The notes below the pieces were generated by a model. The model was not told the origin of the DNA. It saw nothing but the letters and a program-made list of their open reading frames with translations, and did no database searches. The translations under genes were made by a program, and so were the position numbers. This document shows positions 18,415-27,108 of a DNA stretch of 55,935 nucleotides, one piece after another (the stretch's first letter is position 1; each line of letters starts with the position of its first letter). The DNA is from an uncultured Bdellovibrionales bacterium (GTDB lineage Bacteria; Patescibacteriota; Minisyncoccia; Moranbacterales; DUUL01). Where the stretch lies: positions 1-55,935 of the forward strand of contig CAZKWX010000005.1 of the NCBI GenBank assembly GCA_964556685.1, in the 5' to 3' direction.

Positions 18415-20688
18415 CTAAATCTTCTTGAGTGGCGCTATGCCTTTAGCCAGCTTTTTCACCCCGTGCTTGGGAAAAGCCACTGAAACAGTGGCGTCATCTT
18501 GAGCCACCACAATCCCCTCTCCAAAATCTGCATGGGAAACTCGATCGCCGTCACTGAAATTGACCTTAGAAGCAGCGGGACTGGTCCCTCTCTTAGGAAA
18601 AGAGGGGTTGGGGGAGATTTTTTGTTTATTCTTAAAATCCCCCCGTTCCGACAAGTCGGAACGACCCCCTTTTTCTAAGGGGGTAGAACCTTCCTCCTTA
18701 TCCTCGATCCAGTCACCAAACTCCTGCTCGGTGTAAATTTCTTCAAATAGTTCGTTGTCAACTTCGTCAATGAAACGAGAACGAACTGAAACTTGGGTGG
18801 AGCCATAGATGTTGCGAGCGCTGGTGTAGATCAAATGCGCTTTTTGTTTAGCTCGAGTGATACCCACATAGCAAAGCCGGCGTTCTTCTTCCATTTCTTT
18901 CTCATTGAGTGTGGCTCTTGAATGTGGAAACAACCCTTCCTCCATCCCCACCAGAAAAACCACATCATATTCCAATCCTTTGGCTGAATGCAAGGTCATC
19001 AGAGGAACCATTTCTTTTTCCTCCAAATCTCGATCGACTTGAGAAACCAGAGCAACTTCTTCAAGAAACAGCTGCAAGCCATTCTTTTCATCATCAAACT
19101 TGTTGGCTACGGTCAAAAGCTCCAGAACATTTTCCGCTCGCACTGCTCCTTCTTCACTCATCTTGTCAAGCATCTCTTTATAGCCGCTGCGCTGAAAAAC
19201 TTCTTCTATTATTTTTGAAGGTCTGTTTTTCTTGGCATATTCTTGCAGTCTACTGATGATTTTGGCAAAGTCATGTAGGGCTTTGATCTTGCTTGCTTGT
19301 AGTGAACACCCATGGGTGTTCACTACATCGCCATCAAGATTCTCAATAGTCTTCAGGACATCTCCGGCAAATTTTTCACTGGCCTTCAAGACCTTAGCCA
19401 CTGTTTTTTCGCCCAAACCTCGAGCTGGAATGTTGATGATCCGTTCAAAGCTAACTTTGTCTCGAGGATTAATTAAAAAATATAGATAAGCCAGAATGTC
19501 TTTGATTTCTTTACGTTGATAGAATTTGATTCCACCGATGATCTTGTAGGGCACACCAAATTTCAAGAAAATTTCTTCCAAAGCTCGTGATTGAGCATTG
19601 GTTCGATAGAGCACAGCAAAATCATCCAGTTTGTTTTTCAATTCACTCTGCAATTTGTTGATTTGAGCTACCACAAATTGAGCTTCATCCTTTTCATCAA
19701 AAGCTTCATAGAGCGTCAAAAGATTGCCCGCATCATTATCAGTCCAAAGTTTTTTCTTTTTTTGATTTACATTTTTTTCTATGACGTTTTGAGCTGCATT
19801 GAGAATGTTCTTTGTACTTCTATAATTCTGTTCAAGTAGCACGACTTTTGCCTCTGGATAATCTTTTTCAAAATCTAAGATGTTATTTATATCTGCGCCT
19901 CTCCACATATACACACTTTGAAAATCGTCCCCCACCACGCAAATGTTTTTGTATTTTGTAGCCAATAGTTTCAAAAACATATATTGAGCATGGTTGGTGT
20001 CTTGATATTCATCCACCATGATGTAGCGGAAAAGTTCCTGATAGCGATCCAGAACATCAGGATATTTTTGAAATAGTTGCACGGTGATCATGATCAAGTC
20101 ATCAAAATCCAAGGCATCAGCTTCTTTGAGGTTCTTGGCATATTGGTGGAAACATTTGGCCACCCTTTCTTCAAAAAAACTGCCCATCATTTCCTCATAT
20201 CCTTTGGCATCAATCAATTTGTTCTTGGCATCAGAAATGGCATTGAGAATGGCTTGAGGTTTGACGTCTTCTTGCGAAATGGAAAGCTCTTTCATCACTC
20301 TTTTCATCGCTGCTAGTTGGTCTTGGTCATCATAGATGACAAAATTCTTAGCATAGCCCATTTTTTCCACTTCCTTGCGCAAAATGCGCACGCAGATTGA
20401 GTGGAAGGTTCCAATGTGAGGAAGATATTGAGAATAGGGCGGAGTTTCTTTGGGCAGACCCAAGAGCTCTTTCACTCGATCCATCATTTCTCCGGCTGCT
20501 TTGTTGGTGAAAGTCACTGCTAAAATATTCTTCGGCGGCACTCTTTCTTCTTTGACTAAAAAAGCCACCCGAAAAGTCAGTGCGCGGGTTTTCCCACTTC
20601 CGGCTCCGGCAATAATCAAAACCGGCCCTTCGGTCTGAAGAACAGCCTCTTTTTGTTTTTTGTTCAGTTGATCAAGAAGTTTGGTCAT
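18415..20688 (-). CDS. pcrA: ATP-dependent DNA helicase PcrA/UvrD
   Basis: AGAGSGKT, TFTNKAA, DEYQD, LEQNYRST, TLHSAKGLE, EERRLCYVGITRA, Tudor-like C-terminus. Confidence 0.96.
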   Translation of the reverse strand: MTKLLDQLNKKQKEAVLQTEGPVLIIAGAGSGKTRALTFRVAFLVKEERVPPKNILAVTFTNKAAGEMMDRVKELLGLPKETPPYSQYLPHIGTFHSICVRILRKEVEKMGYAKNFVIYDDQDQLAAMKRVMKELSISQEDVKPQAILNAISDAKNKLIDAKGYEEMMGSFFEERVAKCFHQYAKNLKEADALDFDDLIMITVQLFQKYPDVLDRYQELFRYIMVDEYQDTNHAQYMFLKLLATKYKNICVVGDDFQSVYMWRGADINNILDFEKDYPEAKVVLLEQNYRSTKNILNAAQNVIEKNVNQKKKKLWTDNDAGNLLTLYEAFDEKDEAQFVVAQINKLQSELKNKLDDFAVLYRTNAQSRALEEIFLKFGVPYKIIGGIKFYQRKEIKDILAYLYFLINPRDKVSFERIINIPARGLGEKTVAKVLKASEKFAGDVLKTIENLDGDVVNTHGCSLQASKIKALHDFAKIISRLQEYAKKNRPSKIIEEVFQRSGYKEMLDKMSEEGAVRAENVLELLTVANKFDDEKNGLQLFLEEVALVSQVDRDLEEKEMVPLMTLHSAKGLEYDVVFLVGMEEGLFPHSRATLNEKEMEEERRLCYVGITRAKQKAHLIYTSARNIYGSTQVSVRSRFIDEVDNELFEEIYTEQEFGDWIEDKEEGSTPLEKGGRSDLSERGDFKNKQKISPNPSFPKRGTSPAASKVNFSDGDRVSHADFGEGIVVAQDDATVSVAFPKHGVKKLAKGIAPLKKI

Positions 20689-20712
20689 TTTAATTTATCA
20701 TCCCGGCTATGT

Positions 20713-20792
20713 TGTCATCCCCGCGCAGGCGGGGATCCATTCGTTAGGTTTTGTTATCCACCTAATAGATTCCCGCCTGCGCGGGAATGACA
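20713..20792. repeat. family B REPIN-like element
   Basis: TGTCATCCCCGCGCAGGCGGGGATCC...GATTCCCGCCTGCGCGGGAATGACA. Confidence 0.85.
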
Positions 20793-20964
20793 TTAAAATT
20801 ACTTACTAGTACATCCTATCCTATAATATATTTTTTGCCAAAAGAAAAAAGGCTCTGGTAATTTTACCAAAACCTTTAGCCTGAATGATTCAACCGTTCT
20901 TTGCAGTGAACCATTCCCGAGAGATTTTTTACGTGCTTTTCGGCAACACAGTTTTAGATCTAGT

Positions 20965-21837
20965 CTAAAGCTCGCTAAGTTTTTCGATGAGCTCTTTGCT
21001 GGTGCTAGCCGTTGTTAGCGGCTCATCTCCTTCTGGAAGCCAGATCTCAATCACGGCATCTTCTCCATCCTCAGAGTAATAGGCTGCCAGAACGAACTCT
21101 TTTTCGCCGAAACGAATATGAAAGCAATCACCCTGATAAAACAGAAACTCAAGATTCTCATGCCTAAATGCTTTTTCAAGCATCTCGACATGAGAACGGT
21201 CATCGCCCCATTCTTCCTGGATTATGTCTTCGGGAGGAAGATATGGGTAAACCAGCTCCATTTTGATGTCGTCAAAACTTAAACCGGTTTTCTCCTCGAT
21301 CACTTTTATAATTACAAGGTAACCGAGTCGTCGATAACCCGACATGTCGTCTTGTTCATTTAAGGTTGAGAAAACTTCTTTAAGGAAGTTTTCTCCCTCA
21401 TTGTTCTCGACCATCAGCCGAGACCAAACTCTAGAGAAAGAGAAAACGAAGCCATAGAAACTATTGAATCCGAATCCTTTGCCCCGTTTTCCGATGATTA
21501 GCTTGTTGAAATCCTCGTTGAAATAGATATCGACAAGTTGAGTTGAATGACAAAGATGAGCCTCACCACTGCCAAATATATCGATTGAGATATCAACAGT
21601 CAACGGAACTGGGGGTTGCTTATTCAACTCGTTCTCACTAAAAACCTCATCTTGTTTCTGCTGATATCCCTCCAGCGTGTAGGTTTTTTCAGGATCAAAC
21701 ACTGGAATCGCCACGTGATCTAGAGCGGTCCGAAGCTTACCTAGAAGTACCAAGAGAGCTCCTGGTACCTTGGCACCTTTCTCCCGTTCCCAAACTCCAT
21801 TTGCCTTTTTCAACTCTGGAATACTTATTTCAGTCAT
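20965..21837 (-). CDS. hypothetical acidic protein (290 aa)
   Basis: Long ORF, AAAGGA SD, long structured leader. Confidence 0.7.
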   Translation of the reverse strand: MTEISIPELKKANGVWEREKGAKVPGALLVLLGKLRTALDHVAIPVFDPEKTYTLEGYQQKQDEVFSENELNKQPPVPLTVDISIDIFGSGEAHLCHSTQLVDIYFNEDFNKLIIGKRGKGFGFNSFYGFVFSFSRVWSRLMVENNEGENFLKEVFSTLNEQDDMSGYRRLGYLVIIKVIEEKTGLSFDDIKMELVYPYLPPEDIIQEEWGDDRSHVEMLEKAFRHENLEFLFYQGDCFHIRFGEKEFVLAAYYSEDGEDAVIEIWLPEGDEPLTTASTSKELIEKLSEL

Positions 21838-21914
21838 TTTACACGTCCTTTCTCCCAGTCACGGGATGAAAAATTAAAATTTAGGCATAGTGCCCGAAAA
21901 ATAGAAAACAATAC

Positions 21915-22054
21915 GCAGGTACAAGCCCGTCATCCCGTTCATGCTTCGATGCAAAGCACCAAAGCGCCGGTCAAAAGAAACCATGAAATAACACATATTG
22001 CAGGAACAAGCCTGCTATCCCGTTCTCGCTATGATTTTCACCATAGCACCGGGC
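21915..22054 (-). ncRNA. candidate tandem structured cis-regulatory RNA (two copies)
   Basis: Two copies of CCGG-hairpin-GAACGGGAT-hairpin(GGCTTGTWCC) with covarying stems. Confidence 0.5.
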
Positions 22055-22090
22055 AATAATACACTAGATTGACAAAGTTCTAATCTTCTT

Positions 22091-22119
22091 ATCATAGCAT
22101 AATTTGATGATTTTGTCAA
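22091..22119 (-). promoter_or_regulatory. sigma70 promoter for 20965..21837
   Basis: TTGACA-17 bp-TATGAT with TG extension on the minus strand. Confidence 0.65.
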
Positions 22120-22245
22120 TATTTAGACATACCCTATTTCTCCCTTGCCGAAGGTATAATTTCATGCTATCTTTGATTCGTTAAGTTAATATTTGAAAAA
22201 CACGTTCTTGTGCGAGCAAAAGCACGGCAAGAAGGTGACACATCG

Positions 22246-22515
22246 ATGGCATTGACATCACGACAGAAGAAAAACACGATCAAGAATCATCAGCGACATG
22301 CGAAGGATTCTGGATCAGCGGAAGTTCAAATTGCACTGTTTTCCCGCAAGATTGATTCACTGGTGAAGCATCTCAGGAAGAGTCCCAAAGACAAACATTC
22401 TCGAAGAGGTCTGTTGGGAATGATTGCTCAAAGAAAAAAACTTTTGAAATATCTCAAAGCTGCAGATGAAAAGAAATATAAGAAGGTAACCAAGCAGTTG
22501 GGATTGAAGAGCTAG
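22246..22515 (+). CDS. rpsO: 30S ribosomal protein S15
   Basis: DSGSAEVQIA...HL..PKDKHSRRGL; ATG at 22246. Confidence 0.96.
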   Translation: MALTSRQKKNTIKNHQRHAKDSGSAEVQIALFSRKIDSLVKHLRKSPKDKHSRRGLLGMIAQRKKLLKYLKAADEKKYKKVTKQLGLKS

Positions 22516-22519
22516 ATTG

Positions 22520-22545
22520 AAAAACCCCGATGAGTCGGGGTTTTG
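22520..22545 (+). terminator. intrinsic terminator
   Basis: AAAACCCCGA-tgag-TCGGGGTTTT. Confidence 0.7.
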
Positions 22546-22563
22546 ACGTTTAAAAAATAAAGA

Positions 22564-22696
22564 TGTCATCCCGGCCTCCGAGCCGGGATCCAGTGAAAAA
22601 CATTTGATATGCTTCACTGGCATCAAAAATATAATAAACCTGTACTAGATCCCGCATCAAGCTTGTGCTCAACTTGATTGGGTATGCGGGATGACA
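22564..22696. repeat. family B element with nested insertion
   Basis: TGTCATCCCGGCCTCCGAGCCGGGATCC...GATCCCGCA..TGCGGGATGACA. Confidence 0.75.
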
Positions 22697-22716
22697 ATAA
22701 TAAATAACAAAAAATT

Positions 22717-23214
22717 ATGAGTAAATTTTCAGACCAAAGAGTGGGAGTGCTGGTGGACATTCAAAACATGTACTACAGCGCTCGCGTGCTCTACAACAAA
22801 AAAACCAATTTCAAAGAAATTCTCAAAGACGCAGTGGCTGGACGAAAATTGATCCGGGCCATTGCCTATGGCATCAAGACTGAGGAAGGAACGGAAGAAA
22901 AATTTTTCGAATCGCTGGAGAAAACTGGTTTCGAAGTCAAATCAAAAGATTTGCAGGTTTTCAAGGGCGGAATGAAAAAAGGCGATTGGGATGTGGGCAT
23001 CACCGTGGATGCCATCAAGTTGGCCAACAACCTGGACGTGATTGTTTTGGTCAGCGGTGACGGAGACTACATCCCCATGGTGAAATATCTGCAATTCAAC
23101 AAAGGCGTTCGGGTGGAAGTGATGGCTTTCCAAGAAAGCTGCTCCACCAAGCTCCTCGAAGAAGCCGATGATTTTGTCAATTTGAGCGAAAGTAAAAAGT
23201 TTTTGTTAAGATAG
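22717..23214 (+). CDS. NYN domain (LabA/DUF88) protein
   Basis: VDIQN, KGDWDVGITVD, SGDGDY motifs. Confidence 0.9.
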   Translation: MSKFSDQRVGVLVDIQNMYYSARVLYNKKTNFKEILKDAVAGRKLIRAIAYGIKTEEGTEEKFFESLEKTGFEVKSKDLQVFKGGMKKGDWDVGITVDAIKLANNLDVIVLVSGDGDYIPMVKYLQFNKGVRVEVMAFQESCSTKLLEEADDFVNLSESKKFLLR

Positions 23215-23253
23215 ATTGAACTGGTATTATGTATCAGGTATTAAGTATTTTGT

Positions 23254-23760
23254 ATGGGGAAAAGAAAAAAACGTTATTATAAAACAAGCTCTTTCGAATA
23301 TTTTTTTCAATCAATTCTAAAAGCGTTAGCAGCGCCCTTTAAACTAATACTATTCAAATTCGTCACTAAACTATCTCATCTTTTTCCACCCAAGATTGGA
23401 AAAGAAGTAACCACGCTTCGGGGTGAAAAAGTCAAAAGCGTAGCGGAAAAAAGAACCGCTGATTATCTTTTTCACAATAATGTTGAGTATGTATATGAAA
23501 AACGCTTTCCGGTTTGGTTTTTTAAAAGCATTCGTCCAGATTTTTATTTGCCCAAACAAAATTTATATATTGAATATTATGGGCTCCTCAACCATCCTTC
23601 TCGGGGGAAAAGATATCGAGAAGAAAGAGATTATAAAAGAAAGCAATTTGCTCGTCTGGGAGTGAGAGTTGTTGAGTTTGATCATCGACATTATAAAAAT
23701 CTCGAGTCACATTTAGATTCGAAATTGAGAGATTACTTGTACAAAAATGAAAGACCATAA
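23254..23760 (+). CDS. PD-(D/E)XK-like nuclease-domain protein
   Basis: VKSVAEKRTADYL..YVYE..RPDFYLP..YIEYYG. Confidence 0.6.
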   Translation: MGKRKKRYYKTSSFEYFFQSILKALAAPFKLILFKFVTKLSHLFPPKIGKEVTTLRGEKVKSVAEKRTADYLFHNNVEYVYEKRFPVWFFKSIRPDFYLPKQNLYIEYYGLLNHPSRGKRYREERDYKRKQFARLGVRVVEFDHRHYKNLESHLDSKLRDYLYKNERP

Positions 23761-24178
23761 GAAATTCATGAGGGAAGCAATTAAGGAAGCAGGAAAATCA
23801 CCAGAGCCAGTGAAGTGTGGTGTTGTAATTGTTAAAAATGAAAAAATCATTAGTAGAGCGTTTAATTCACAAAGAAAAGACTGCGACTCTTCTGCTCACG
23901 CAGAGATAAAAGCTATCCGTCAAGCTGGAAAGAAACTTAAAAATAAGAACTTGAAAGGATGTATAGCTTATTGCACCTGCGAACCCTGCATAATGTGTTT
24001 AGCAGCTTTAACTCATGCTAAAGTTGAAAGGTTATTCTTTGGAATCTCTCTTGCTGATGTATTATCTGAAAGCAACAGTGTGGATATAACCACAGATCAG
24101 TTTATAGAAAGATCTTCTCATAAAATAGAAATTCACAAAAACTTGTTTGAAGAGAAATGTTCTAAATTGATTCAATAA
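23747..24178 (+). CDS. nucleoside deaminase (TadA/guanine deaminase-like)
   Basis: HAE and EPCIMC zinc motifs. Confidence 0.85.
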   Translation: MKDHKKFMREAIKEAGKSPEPVKCGVVIVKNEKIISRAFNSQRKDCDSSAHAEIKAIRQAGKKLKNKNLKGCIAYCTCEPCIMCLAALTHAKVERLFFGISLADVLSESNSVDITTDQFIERSSHKIEIHKNLFEEKCSKLIQ

Positions 24179-24212
24179 GTAAGATATCTACCTTGAATTA
24201 CGGAACGCCTAT

Positions 24213-24319
24213 TCTCTTCTATCAGGGCAAGGGGAGATTAAGAGGGGTTAATTCAAATGGCAACAAGCACCAGCCGATTAACTTAACTCCCCTTAGTCCC
24301 CTCTTTCCAAAAGAGGGGA
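24213..24319. repeat. family A doublet
   Basis: AAGGGGAGATTAAGAGGGGTT...AACTCCCCTTAGTCCCCTCTTTCCAAAAGAGGGGA. Confidence 0.75.
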
Positions 24320-24357
24320 GAAAAACGAGTTTCGTAATTTATAAGGCATTCAACAAA

Positions 24358-24882
24358 ATGGAAACAAAAGACTGTATCAAAACTCGTCGTTCTAGAAGAC
24401 TTTTTTTGGACAAAGAAGTTCCTGATGAGTTGATTGATAAGCTGCTAGAAAGCGCTATCAATGCGCCCTCTTCCATGAATTGTCAACCATGGCATTTTGT
24501 GATAGTAAAAGATCAGGATCTCAAGCAGAAGTTGGGGGATTTGAAAGGAGAAAGAAATCAACAGCACATTTTCACAGCTCCAGTCTCAATCGTTGTTTGT
24601 ATTGACACCAACAAGTCCTCCACTCGCTACATTGAGGATGGCGTGACTGCCACTCAGAACATCTTGCTGACGGCTCATAATTTGGGATTGGGTAGTGTCT
24701 ATGTAACGGGTTGCAATCCTTCTGATCCAAAAGTAGCTGAGGAAATTAGAAATATTTTAAATATCCCTGATCACATCATGCCAATCACAATTTTGCCTGT
24801 CGGCTATCCGAATCAGAAAGAAAAATTAGAAGATAAAGATTTAGTTAATATAAAAGATATTGTTCATTACAATAGGTGGTGA
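24358..24882 (+). CDS. nitroreductase family protein
   Basis: IKTRRSRR, APSSMNCQPWHF, LGLGS, LPVGYP; true start at METKD. Confidence 0.9.
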   Translation: METKDCIKTRRSRRLFLDKEVPDELIDKLLESAINAPSSMNCQPWHFVIVKDQDLKQKLGDLKGERNQQHIFTAPVSIVVCIDTNKSSTRYIEDGVTATQNILLTAHNLGLGSVYVTGCNPSDPKVAEEIRNILNIPDHIMPITILPVGYPNQKEKLEDKDLVNIKDIVHYNRW

Positions 24883-24895
24883 AAGGAGGCGCCAG

Positions 24896-25111
24896 ATGTC
24901 AGGTGCTTTTAAGGGACTGTTGGAAGAAATTAGGGATATCAAAAAGGCAGCGGCGTTGAAATCAACGGGGAAAGAAATCAACATTCATGATATAAAAAAG
25001 ACTGGAAAAGCTGAGCCTAAAGCTCCAAAAGGCTTCATGGAAGACGCTAGAGATCTAGAACCCCTAATAGAAAATGGAGGTGGCCATGACATCATCAAAC
25101 ACAGCAAATGA
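24896..25111 (+). CDS. small hypothetical protein (71 aa)
   Basis: AAGGAGG SD before ATG 24896. Confidence 0.5.
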   Translation: MSGAFKGLLEEIRDIKKAAALKSTGKEINIHDIKKTGKAEPKAPKGFMEDARDLEPLIENGGGHDIIKHSK

Positions 25112-25265
25112 AACTCTGACTAAGGAAGATGTTCGAGAGCTCGTAGCTCCTATTGCACAGGGAATCCATGATGTTAAAAGTGTATTAGAAATTGCAACGA
25201 TGGAAGGGCAATTCGGAAGCGTACCAGAAATGGTTTTTGCTATCCGAATGGGCTATGTACAATAA
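25086..25265 (+). CDS. small hypothetical protein (59 aa)
   Basis: GGAGGT SD before ATG 25086. Confidence 0.5.
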   Translation: MTSSNTANETLTKEDVRELVAPIAQGIHDVKSVLEIATMEGQFGSVPEMVFAIRMGYVQ

Positions 25266-25410
25266 ATCGGATACACTATAGAGACGCAAGAAAGTATTCT
25301 TTATAAACCAGTTTCTTGACTATAAAAAGTTTGAATCCCGGATGCGGCGTGGCGCTCCCGGGATTCTTTGTTTTGTTGGACTGAGCTATCAGAATTCATT
25401 TTTACCTCCC

Positions 25411-25596
25411 TTATGCTGCGCGATTTTCTTTAATCTGCACTTCAGTTTCCAGGAAGTTAAAATCTTCATCACTCATTCCAAGGTTTTCGGCATAAATTCT
25501 AGCCACCTCTAGCATCTCATCGGATTTAGCGATTTTTGCTTTACAAATCAGCTCTCTTATTTCGTCTTTGAGTCTGTCCTGATAATCACCAGCCAT
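25411..25596 (-). CDS. small hypothetical protein (61 aa)
   Basis: GGGAGGTG SD before ATG 25596. Confidence 0.5.
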   Translation of the reverse strand: MAGDYQDRLKDEIRELICKAKIAKSDEMLEVARIYAENLGMSDEDFNFLETEVQIKENRAA

Positions 25597-25714
25597 CTTT
25601 TTCACCTCCCTTATCGGCCTTTTCTCTAAAATATACTATTTCTTAAATATTTACAAATTAATTAAGGAATGATAGGCTTTTATGGTATCATAATAATGCT
25701 GTTTTGAACAGTAT

Positions 25715-25801
25715 GGAGGCGTGGCAGAGTGGTCGAATGCACCAGTCTTGAAAACTGGAGTCTCGTTTACGGGACCAGAGGTTCGAATCCTCTCGCCTCC
25801 G
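25715..25801 (+). tRNA. tRNA-Ser(TGA)
   Basis: GGAGGCG...CGCCTCC-G; loop CT-TGA-AA; long variable arm. Confidence 0.95.
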
Positions 25802-25817
25802 CAGATTTATTAAAAAT

Positions 25818-25948
25818 TGGGTTCGCCTGCCTGCCGGCAGGCAGGAATCCCACCCTCTCCGCTCTTGTGCGGGGTCGCGAAAAACTGGAGTCTCGTTTAA
25901 GAGTACCGTAGGTTCGCCCTGTCATTCGACAGGGTAAAAATCCCTTCC
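25818..25948 (+). pseudogene. two degenerate tRNA-Ser-like fragments with palindromes inserted in the T-loop
   Basis: GGGTTCG[CCTGCCTGCCGGCAGGCAGG]AATCCCACCCTCTCCG; AAAACTGGAGTCTCGTTTA copy of 25751-25769 followed by GGTTCG[CCCTGTCATTCGACAGGG]. Confidence 0.55.
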
Positions 25949-25959
25949 ATTAAGATATT

Positions 25960-26043
25960 GCCGGGATGGCGAAATTGGTAGACGCACTAGCCTTAGGAGC
26001 TAGCGGACGCAAGTCCATGGAGGTTCGAGTCCTCTTCCCGGCA
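25960..26043 (+). tRNA. tRNA-Leu(TAG)
   Basis: GCCGGGA...TCCCGGC-A; loop CT-TAG-GA. Confidence 0.95.
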
Positions 26044-26046
26044 CCT

Positions 26047-27108
26047 ATGAAAATAATTAAGATTTCAAAATCTGCAGGTCAGAGAATTGATAAATTTCTG
26101 AGTGAAAAATACCGCGAGATTCCTCGTCGGTTTTTTCAAAGTGGGATCAAGGACGGAAAATTTTTGGTTAACGATAAAGAAGTAATGCCAAGTTATAAAT
26201 TAAAAGAAGATGATCAAATTAGCTTTGAAAAAAAGTATATACTAACGTATATACGTTCGTATATACGTGTCTCAAAAATCAAGCCAAATCCAAAAATTGA
26301 ATTCAAGGTTGTTTCTGAACACAAAGATTTTGTGATAATTGAGAAACCGGCTGGATTAAGTGTGCATCCAGAATATTCCGCAGGAACAAAGCATGCTTCG
26401 TTCGGGCAAAATTCGGGCAGGACATGTCCTGCCCCTACACTGGTAAATGGACTTTTGGCAAAATACCCTCAAATCAAAGACGTTGGCGATGATCCGATTC
26501 GACCTGGGATTGTCCATCGACTGGACAAAGACACTTCTGGTTTGATGATCGTTGCTCTCAATCAAAAAACTTTTGAGTTTTTCAAAGATCAATTTAAGAA
26601 AAGAAAAGTTGAAAAGAAGTACGTAGCTGTTGTTTGGGACTCCTTTTCTCTCCCCCTTAATAAGGGGGAGATACAGAGGGGGTGGCAAACTATCCAAACA
26701 CCTATTGGTAAATCAAAATCAGATCTAACAAAACAATCAACTAGTAAATACTCAACCAAGCTGATCAATCCGAAAAAGGCCATCACTCATTATCGAATCA
26801 TAAAGAAGCTTCAAATCCCCCTCTCCGACAAAGTCGGAGCACTCCCTTTGCTAAAGGGGGAAAGTGATGTGGTAACTCTTGTAGAAGTGAAAATTGACAC
26901 TGGACGCAAACACCAAATTCGAGTGCACATGCATTCAATCGGTCATCCAGTGGTGGGTGACAAAAAATATCAAACTAAATTAGTGCGAGAGAAAAATAAA
27001 AAATTTGCTCGACATCTCCTACATGCCTATAAGCTCAAATTTATATATTCTGACGGAGAAGAGTATAAATTTGAATCTAAGCTACCAAAAGATTTTATTC
27101 GGCTATAA
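26047..27108 (+). CDS. rluD: RluA/RluD family pseudouridine synthase with S4 domain
   Basis: RIDKFL S4 domain, KPAGL, HRLDKDTSG, TGRKHQIRVH, GHPVVGD, LHA. Confidence 0.88.
   Translation: MKIIKISKSAGQRIDKFLSEKYREIPRRFFQSGIKDGKFLVNDKEVMPSYKLKEDDQISFEKKYILTYIRSYIRVSKIKPNPKIEFKVVSEHKDFVIIEKPAGLSVHPEYSAGTKHASFGQNSGRTCPAPTLVNGLLAKYPQIKDVGDDPIRPGIVHRLDKDTSGLMIVALNQKTFEFFKDQFKKRKVEKKYVAVVWDSFSLPLNKGEIQRGWQTIQTPIGKSKSDLTKQSTSKYSTKLINPKKAITHYRIIKKLQIPLSDKVGALPLLKGESDVVTLVEVKIDTGRKHQIRVHMHSIGHPVVGDKKYQTKLVREKNKKFARHLLHAYKLKFIYSDGEEYKFESKLPKDFIRL

Noticed and set aside
24193-24357. N-terminal extension of the nitroreductase
   Set aside because: Encoded by an intergenic family A doublet; the domain starts at ATG 24358
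25966-26046. N-terminal extension of RluD
   Set aside because: Reads through tRNA-Leu(TAG); real start is 26047
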